This document shows positions 57,956-64,000 of a stretch of 64,000 nt of DNA, in pieces. This DNA comes from Candidatus Magasanikiibacteriota bacterium (lineage in GTDB: Bacteria; Patescibacteriota; Patescibacteriia; Magasanikbacterales; UBA922): positions 279,424-343,423 of the forward strand of contig JACPSK010000001.1 in NCBI GenBank assembly GCA_016193335.1, given 5' to 3'. The notes beneath the pieces were generated by a model that made no database searches, had not been told where the DNA came from, and saw nothing but the letters and a program-made list of their open reading frames with translations. Both the position numbers and the translations under genes were made by a program. Positions within the stretch are counted from its first letter, which is position 1, and each line of letters opens with the position of its first letter.

Positions 57956-58161
57956 ATCTATCACTTCACGAAATACTTTAAAAATCAGAGAAGGAGAGTG
58001 AAGCAGACTGACTTCTGAGGATTCATAAAATATGTTGTCAGTGGATAAACGCAAGCCTATACCTTCACAACATATTAGTTTGGGAGCTGGAGGACGAGTG
58101 CGAGAGCGAAGCGGGATGACTTCCGCAAGCTCCCAAACTAATATGTTGTGAAGGTATAGGC
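57956..58161. repeat. Family A palindromic repeat, tandem copies 2 (degenerate) and 3 (perfect 34-bp stem)
   Basis: 58055-58161 is GCCTATACCTTCACAACATATTAGTTTGGGAGCT with its exact reverse complement around core GGAGGACGAGTGCGAGAGCGAAGCGGGATGACTTCCGCA. 57956-58051 is a decayed copy. Confidence 0.8.
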
Positions 58162-58291
58162 GTCTATAGACGTAGACATTTTGCTTTCCTCACTCGGTCC
58201 TTTACAGCAAAGACAAAGAGTTGGAAGCAGGGCTCGCGGATGCGATGAGCCCTGCGAGAGGCGAGAGTCCGGCTATGACCGGACGAAAGAA

Positions 58292-60673
58292 CTAGGCGCC
58301 CTTCAAGATGAAGGTGCTCGTCACCTGAGTGGCCTGGCGCAGGAATTCCAGGGACTCCCCCTGGGGTCCGGCCCAGTCAAAGGACGCATCAAGCTCGGTC
58401 CAGGTCCGCTTCATGTCTCTGGCCGAGGCTTTCTCCACGCGTGTGGCCAAAGCCCCGTCACCCCAGCACCAGACCGAGTCCACGTTCCCGTGGTTGGCCA
58501 GGTTCAAGGCGATGGCGTCCGGCTGAGACGCGGTGAGGATATTCAAGACCCCGGGAGGAAGATCCGAAGTCTGGGCGATCTCCACAAGGGTCATGGCCGT
58601 GAGCGGGTGCTTGCCAGAGACCAAGACCACGGTGTTGCCCCTGGCGAGAGCAGGCGCCAAAGAACCAATCAAACCGAGAAGCGGGAAAGCATCCGGCGCG
58701 CGAATGCCGATCACTCCGACCGGCTCGTAGCTGCTGGTCGCTTCAAAACTCGGATCAGCAAGACTCCCCACCCTGCCGGCGTGGTTCACCGCCTGAGAGG
58801 CCCAGTAGCTCAGCCGGCTGAGCGTGAGCGTGAGCTCCTCGCGCGCCTCTGCCATGCCACAGCCGGTCTGCTGAATCAGCTCGCGGATGAGACGATCTCG
58901 GCCAAGGAAGATCTTCTCCCGCATGAACAGGAGCACCTTGCGACGAAGATCCGGTCCTTTGAGAGCCCAGGAAGCCTGGGCATCGGAGGCCGCAGTGACC
59001 GCGTCTCGGACATCCTTCCTGGATGCCTCGCCGACATCGCCAAGATAAACGCCCGAAGGCGACAGCACCTCAAAGCTCCTTCCTCCGTCAGGCCGCTTCA
59101 GCGCACCGCCAATCAGGAAGCGGTGGGTCACGTCAATGACCCCAAGGCCAGAGTCATCAGCCAACGAAACACCGGCTTCTTCGGACCGCGCGCCTCGAGC
59201 CTTGGCCGGCGGATAGTCTTCCAAGGTCACATCGAGCATGCCCTCCGGACCGCCTTCGCTTCCTTTGCCGCTTCTGCGAGCACCGCTGAAAGGCAAATCG
59301 CCGTCAAAGACCTCGGCGCAGTTCACCCAGCGGGTGCCGGCCTTGATCCGGCTTGCCACATGGTGAGCCTTGTCCGTGTCGTTCGACCACACCGAGCAGG
59401 CCAGGCCGTACTCAGTGTTGCCGGCCAAGCGAATGGCATCCTCAGTGGTCGTGAACGTCATCACGGCGAGGACCGGTCCAAAGACCTCGTCCCTGGCCAC
59501 CGAGTTACTGGGGTCAACCATGAGGAGTGTGGGGCGCACAAAGAAACCGGCCTCGGGCAAGGTGCAATCGGGCTGCCAAACTTCGGCGCCTTCCTCCCTT
59601 GCGAGATGGATCATACCGGTAACTTTTTCGAACTGAGCCTTCGAGTTGAGCGGGCCCATGTCCGTGCTCTTATCGAGAGGATCTCCCACGCGAATGCGCG
59701 CGAAGCGCCTCTTGAGCCGCTCCACGAGAGACGGCATCACTGCCTCATGTACGATCAGTCGAGAGCAGGCACAGCAGACTTCTCCCTTGTTGAAGAGAAT
59801 GCTGCGCACCACAGCCTCGACCACGGCATCAAGGTCAGCGTCTTCACAGACCACCATGGGCGACTTGCCGCCCAACTCCAAAGTCAATCGCTTGCCGCTT
59901 CCGGCCGTGGCTTCGCGAATCGAAGCGCCGGCGGCCGTAGAGCCGGTGAAGCTGATCTTCCAAGGAGTCCGGTGAGCTACCACCAGCTTGCCGGTTTCCC
60001 GGTTGCCGGTAACAATGTTCAGCACACCGGGCGGCAAGCCGACGCGCCGGCAGATCCCGGCAAAATACATGGCGGTAACCGGCGTGGTATCGCCCGGTTT
60101 GATGACCATGGTATTGCCGGCCGCGAGAGCGGCCCCCACTTTCCATGCCAAAAGCATGAGGGGGAAGTTCCATGCATACACGGCTCCGACCACGCCTCCG
60201 GGCTTGCGGCCCGGGAACAGCCTCTCGAAGAGACGGGCGTATGTCGCCTGCTGTCCGAAATGCCTGGCAGTGACTGGAATGTCCGCCAGCCTGGTCTCGC
60301 GGAAAGGCTTGCCTGTGTCCAAAGCCTCGAGAACCTCGAAATCCCGACGGAACTTGAGAATCTGCCGCTCGAAAGCATACAGGTACTCGGCCCGCGCGGC
60401 ACCCGAGAGAGCGCTCCACGCAGGGAATGCGGCGGCGGCTGCAGCGTAAGCCGCGTCCACGTCTGCCGCGTTGCCCTGGGTAAAGCGAGCCAGAACCTTG
60501 CCTGTGGCAGGGTTAATGGCATCCAACATGTCGACGCCGGGGTTAGTGAACTCACCGCCGATGAAGTGGCCGAAACCACCCTCACGGCTCAGCCAGGCGA
60601 GAGCCTCTTTAGGACTCTCCGGCGCCGGACTGTACTTGAAAGGTCCGGTCAAGCTAAAAGTTCTTGCTTCCAT
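58292..60673 (-). CDS. Two-domain aldehyde dehydrogenase (ALDH16-like)
   Basis: WNFPL, IKPG, SFTGST, LELGGKSP, catalytic Cys in GEVCCAC, EVFGP. A second degenerate ALDH domain follows; 793 aa. Confidence 0.92.
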   Translation of the reverse strand: MEARTFSLTGPFKYSPAPESPKEALAWLSREGGFGHFIGGEFTNPGVDMLDAINPATGKVLARFTQGNAADVDAAYAAAAAAFPAWSALSGAARAEYLYAFERQILKFRRDFEVLEALDTGKPFRETRLADIPVTARHFGQQATYARLFERLFPGRKPGGVVGAVYAWNFPLMLLAWKVGAALAAGNTMVIKPGDTTPVTAMYFAGICRRVGLPPGVLNIVTGNRETGKLVVAHRTPWKISFTGSTAAGASIREATAGSGKRLTLELGGKSPMVVCEDADLDAVVEAVVRSILFNKGEVCCACSRLIVHEAVMPSLVERLKRRFARIRVGDPLDKSTDMGPLNSKAQFEKVTGMIHLAREEGAEVWQPDCTLPEAGFFVRPTLLMVDPSNSVARDEVFGPVLAVMTFTTTEDAIRLAGNTEYGLACSVWSNDTDKAHHVASRIKAGTRWVNCAEVFDGDLPFSGARRSGKGSEGGPEGMLDVTLEDYPPAKARGARSEEAGVSLADDSGLGVIDVTHRFLIGGALKRPDGGRSFEVLSPSGVYLGDVGEASRKDVRDAVTAASDAQASWALKGPDLRRKVLLFMREKIFLGRDRLIRELIQQTGCGMAEAREELTLTLSRLSYWASQAVNHAGRVGSLADPSFEATSSYEPVGVIGIRAPDAFPLLGLIGSLAPALARGNTVVLVSGKHPLTAMTLVEIAQTSDLPPGVLNILTASQPDAIALNLANHGNVDSVWCWGDGALATRVEKASARDMKRTWTELDASFDWAGPQGESLEFLRQATQVTSTFILKGA

Positions 60674-60687
60674 TTTCCTCTCTCCTA

Positions 60688-61698
60688 TCAGCCGATCGGG
60701 ATCTCGGTGTAGTCGGCGTACTTGTCGCCGCCACCGTCCGCGTTCGTGGTAAGCTGGGCGATCAAGTCGTCCAGAAGCGTACTCGCGCCGATCCTGAAGA
60801 GGCGCGGCTCGAGCCAGCTCGGGTCGAGAGTACCCAGCTCTTCGTTCATGAGGACAAACCAGGCACGAGCCTGGGCCGCCTTGCCAATGCCGCCGGCAGG
60901 TTTGAAACCCACCATACGGCCAGGGTCCACCTCGGTGTAGAACCAGCGAATCATGCGGAGCATGACCAAGCCCACCGGCAAGGTCGCGTTGACCTTCTCC
61001 ATGCCGGTTGAAGTCTTGATGAAGTCAGCCCCTGCCATCATGGCCACGCAGGCCGCCTTGGCAATGATCTGGTAGTCTGCCAAGTCACCGACCCCGAGGA
61101 TCACCTTCAGATGAGCCTGGCCACAGACCTCGCGGAAAGCCACAAGCTCGTCGTAGAGTTCCCGCCAGCGCTCGCAGAGTGCCAGCCCGCGGCGAATCAC
61201 CACGTCGATCTCAGCGGCTCCTGCCTCCACCGCTCCGCGAATCTGAGCACAGCGCTCTTCGAGCGAAGAGTTCTGCCCGTGCGGAAAGTCTGTGGACACA
61301 GCCGCCACAGGCACTCGCCCGTAGAGGGCTGCAACGGCAACGGGAACCTGCTGTCTGTACACGCAGACTCCGCCAACCGTCAGTGGCTCGTTATAGCCCA
61401 GCTTGGCCAAAACCCCGGACGGAACCGGAGCCAAAGCCTTGCGGCAGAGACGCCGCACGTTGCCGGGGGTGTCTCCACCCTTCAAGGTGGTGTCATCAAT
61501 GAGACCCACCAAACGGAGATCCGCCTCCACCTGAGAATCTCCCTTGATGCTCCGCCTGGAAACCAGGTCTGCGGCGTCTATGTCCACCTGGGGCCTGCTC
61601 GCATGAACGTGAGACAGAATCCCAGGATCCCAAACCATGGGCGCAAGCACAGGGTGCCTTGCCCTTTCAACAAAACCAGTACCAGTCTGAGTATCCAA
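60688..61698 (-). CDS. deoC: Deoxyribose-phosphate aldolase
   Basis: IDDTTL, VCVY, FPHGQ, GAAEIDVVI, HLKVIL, Schiff-base FIKTSTG, GFKPAGGI, FRIGAS. Start at TTG 61698 after SD GAGGTG; the ORF-track start overlaps a tRNA. Confidence 0.93.
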   Translation of the reverse strand: MDTQTGTGFVERARHPVLAPMVWDPGILSHVHASRPQVDIDAADLVSRRSIKGDSQVEADLRLVGLIDDTTLKGGDTPGNVRRLCRKALAPVPSGVLAKLGYNEPLTVGGVCVYRQQVPVAVAALYGRVPVAAVSTDFPHGQNSSLEERCAQIRGAVEAGAAEIDVVIRRGLALCERWRELYDELVAFREVCGQAHLKVILGVGDLADYQIIAKAACVAMMAGADFIKTSTGMEKVNATLPVGLVMLRMIRWFYTEVDPGRMVGFKPAGGIGKAAQARAWFVLMNEELGTLDPSWLEPRLFRIGASTLLDDLIAQLTTNADGGGDKYADYTEIPIG

Positions 61699-61784
61699 AA
61701 AACACCTCGCCTGTAGGTTGTTGCTTGCACAAATGTGCCCGCTGACTCTACTGTATTGAGGTGTTTTTGTAAAGGTATATCGTG

Positions 61785-61856
61785 TGCTCTCGGCAGGAAT
61801 CGAACCTGCATTGCCAGATCCGCAATCTGGTGTCCTATCCATTGAACGACAAGAGC
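61785..61856 (-). tRNA. tRNA-Arg(GCG)
   Basis: Minus strand GCTCTTGTCGTTCAATGGATAGGACA-CCAGA-TT-GCG-GA-TCTGG-CAATGCAGGTTCGATTCCTGCCGAGAGCA. Confidence 0.92.
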
Positions 61857-61989
61857 TAAATAATTTTTTTGAATCGCGTTCTCTCAGCGTAAAGTTTGGC
61901 CAGTATAATAAATGACAAACAAAAAGTCAACCATTCGGCTGACGCTTTACAGACCAAAATTTTTGGAGTTACCGACAAAACTTAGCGTT

Positions 61990-62496
61990 CTAATGCATCA
62001 ACCATCTGCGCGCAAACATATCGCTAAAGGGTTCTTCTTCCCGTTCCGTGTCTTCGGGCAAAAATTCCCGCAAGGTAAAACGAATTTCACTCGGGTCTTG
62101 ATCTCCAAGAGGCACACGTATCCTCGGGCGAGCGCTTGAACGCGGTTCAAAAAATAAGGTCTTTATCTCGGGAGGATTATATATAATGTAAAAATTTTCA
62201 AGCTCAGAATATGAATAAAACCTGCTATTAATAACAATCCCCAACTCAGTGATCCGGAAAGGCAAACGCGGGGGATCTTGTTGAGACTGCAAAAATAAAA
62301 TAATGGAAAAAAGAACTATAATGAGAGCGAACAAAAAATTGCCGGTGAATAAAGCATAAGCCACGAGAGCCAAACCAATGACAAGCATGCAGGTGTACCA
62401 CAAAACGTTGCGCTTATGTTGTTCGTATTCCAAAATCGTCCATTCATGCAGGACTTCTCCGGTTAGCGTATTGCTATGGTGCACTGATTTTGGCAT
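61990..62496 (-). CDS. Conserved CPR-type two-TM protein with PH-like C-terminal domain
   Basis: EW...EY..HKR..WY, two TMs, ITELGIVIN..FY.YSEL..F.I. Preceded by TGnTATAAT. Confidence 0.7.
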   Translation of the reverse strand: MPKSVHHSNTLTGEVLHEWTILEYEQHKRNVLWYTCMLVIGLALVAYALFTGNFLFALIIVLFSIILFLQSQQDPPRLPFRITELGIVINSRFYSYSELENFYIIYNPPEIKTLFFEPRSSARPRIRVPLGDQDPSEIRFTLREFLPEDTEREEEPFSDMFARRWLMH

Positions 62497-62614
62497 ATAG
62501 GACAATTATAGCACAGGATTGTTCCCGGGTACAATCTACAAAAGACGCCAAGGGCGCTCAAGCCGGCCGAATTGTACAATTTCATTTTTTCCTATATACT
62601 GGCAGCGGATTATT

Positions 62615-64000
62615 ATGGAAGAACAGCACATAAATTTTGTGGAGCAAAACACCGAGGAACCGCGGGACAAAAATACCAAATGGCGCCTGGGTATTTTTTT
62701 GTTTATAACGGTACTGCTCATCTCGGGCTTCATATTGTATTCACGAACAAAAACCGAACTCCCCGCTGACCCGGGAGCCTACGATCCCGTGACTCTTGAG
62801 CCCAAAAAACCAGAAGGATTTCTTAAAAAAATATCCTATTTCGTGTTCAAAAAAGGGAATGAAACACTGGAAGGACAAAAAGACGACCAAATCAATATTT
62901 TGCTCCTCGGCATGGGGGGGCCTGGCCATGATGGACCTTTTTTGAGCGACACCATCATTATCGCCAGTCTTAAACCGAGCAGCAAACAAATTGCCCTCGT
63001 CTCAGTCCCTCGGGATCTCGGCGTCAATATCCCTGGTTATGGATTCACAAAAATAAACCATGCCAACGCGTATGGTGAAAATCAAAAAAAAGATTGGGGC
63101 GGAGCCTACGCGGCCGAGATCATAGCAGACACGCTTGACATCGAGATCCCCTATTATGTGAGGATAGACTTCAAAGCCTTTGAGGAAATTATAGACGAGA
63201 TAGACGGCGTCACGGTAGAGGTAGAACGCTCATTTACCGATGCTCTCTATCCTGCCCCTGATGATGAATACCAAACGCTGTATTTCAAATCCGGCGTGCA
63301 AACCATGAATGGCTCCACTGCTCTCAAATTCGCCCGTTCAAGACACGGAAACAACGGCGAGGGATCCGATTTCGCCCGAGCTAAAAGACAACAAAAAATC
63401 CTCCTCGCCCTCAAAGAAAAACTCTTGTCTTTTGGAACTCTCGCGAATCCGGTAAGAATCAAAAGAGTTATGGATTCTCTCGAACGACATGTAACGACAA
63501 ACATGGAATTCCCGGAAATACTTTCTTTCATAAAGTTGGCCCGAGAATTTAACACAAAAAATATTACCAGTCTTGTTCTTGATAATTCAGAAAATGGCTT
63601 CCTGCGTGAATCAATTTCCTTGGAAGGCGTCTATCTTCTAGAGCCTAAAACCGGCTCTTTCGAACAGATACACGAGGCCATAACGCATATTTTTGATAAA
63701 GAATATGTAGCGACTGACACAAGCCCCGCGCAAAAAGAGCCCAAACAAGGTGACGCAAACGTGGAGATAATAAACGCCACGTGGAGAGCCGGCTTGGCCG
63801 CTCGAGTCAGAAAACGTTTAAGCGACAAAAACTTCATCATTTCAAGCATTGGCAATGCGCAGGAAAAACCGGTCACGAAAAGTGGCATATACCGTGTTAC
63901 TAAAAAAGAAGTGCAGGACACGGTTCTTGCACTCCAACAAGAATTGAACATACCCATCATCGAACGTTTGCCAGCCATTATCGCCCCTACTTCCAGTACC
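62615..64000 (+). CDS. LCP (LytR-CpsA-Psr) family protein with LytR_C domain, truncated by window end
   Basis: Translated by hand from ATG 62615: TM, INILLLGMGG, SDTIIIAS, VSVPRDL, KINHA, IDFKAF, ALKFARSRH..SDFARAKRQQ, VEIINAT..GLA. Absent from the ORF track because no stop lies in the window. Confidence 0.9.
   Translation, partial: MEEQHINFVEQNTEEPRDKNTKWRLGIFLFITVLLISGFILYSRTKTELPADPGAYDPVTLEPKKPEGFLKKISYFVFKKGNETLEGQKDDQINILLLGMGGPGHDGPFLSDTIIIASLKPSSKQIALVSVPRDLGVNIPGYGFTKINHANAYGENQKKDWGGAYAAEIIADTLDIEIPYYVRIDFKAFEEIIDEIDGVTVEVERSFTDALYPAPDDEYQTLYFKSGVQTMNGSTALKFARSRHGNNGEGSDFARAKRQQKILLALKEKLLSFGTLANPVRIKRVMDSLERHVTTNMEFPEILSFIKLAREFNTKNITSLVLDNSENGFLRESISLEGVYLLEPKTGSFEQIHEAITHIFDKEYVATDTSPAQKEPKQGDANVEIINATWRAGLAARVRKRLSDKNFIISSIGNAQEKPVTKSGIYRVTKKEVQDTVLALQQELNIPIIERLPAIIAPTSST

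Noticed and set aside
58181-60712. 843-aa plus-strand ORF
   Set aside because: Antisense shadow of the GC-rich ALDH gene; no motifs, while the minus frame has a full set of ALDH signatures.
61699-61842. N-terminal extension of DeoC in the ORF track
   Set aside because: It runs through tRNA-Arg; an SD-preceded TTG at 61698 is the better start.
1-64000. Alternative genetic code (UGA=Gly) or a prophage
   Set aside because: TGA ends intact genes such as pyk, nrdR, hisS and guaB at expected lengths; no capsid, terminase, portal or integrase motifs were recognised.

Overview
The window reads as a chromosomal segment of a small-genome Patescibacteria (CPR) bacterium, most like the Parcubacteria/ABY1 group. 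This is inferred from the VirB2/TrbC-like pilin fusions, a giant Cys-rich surface protein, a GAGC-type signal motif and tRNA-Arg(GCG); TGA acts as a stop, so code 11 applies. Housekeeping genes include ppsA, pyk, nrdR, ftsZ, ftsA, dgkA, ybeY, yqeY, rpsU, hisS, lepB, a phosphohexomutase, clpC, radA, guaB, recG and a truncated LCP-family gene, plus four tRNAs (Asp, Ile, Val, Arg). The most striking region is a surface-protein cluster between clpC and radA. It holds two modular proteins with the layout signal peptide / variable enzyme / near-identical 8-Cys module / membrane pilin hairpin / variable cell-wall-hydrolase-like domain (EEP plus NlpC/P60-like; alpha/beta-hydrolase plus M15 peptidase). 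Each is preceded by a membrane-anchored beta-propeller gene, and a DsbA-like oxidase lies in the same cluster. Also notable are a 4023-aa pilin-anchored adhesin with a 722-aa partner and three Ca-binding-repeat proteins upstream of ftsAZ, a PEP synthase fused to a membrane anchor and external domain, a stand-alone DnaA domain IV, a tRNA-Asp integration hotspot with an AbiEii-type TA pair, a GC-rich deoC-ALDH16 operon, and several non-coding repeat families. All domain calls come from motif recognition by eye; no database search was run.
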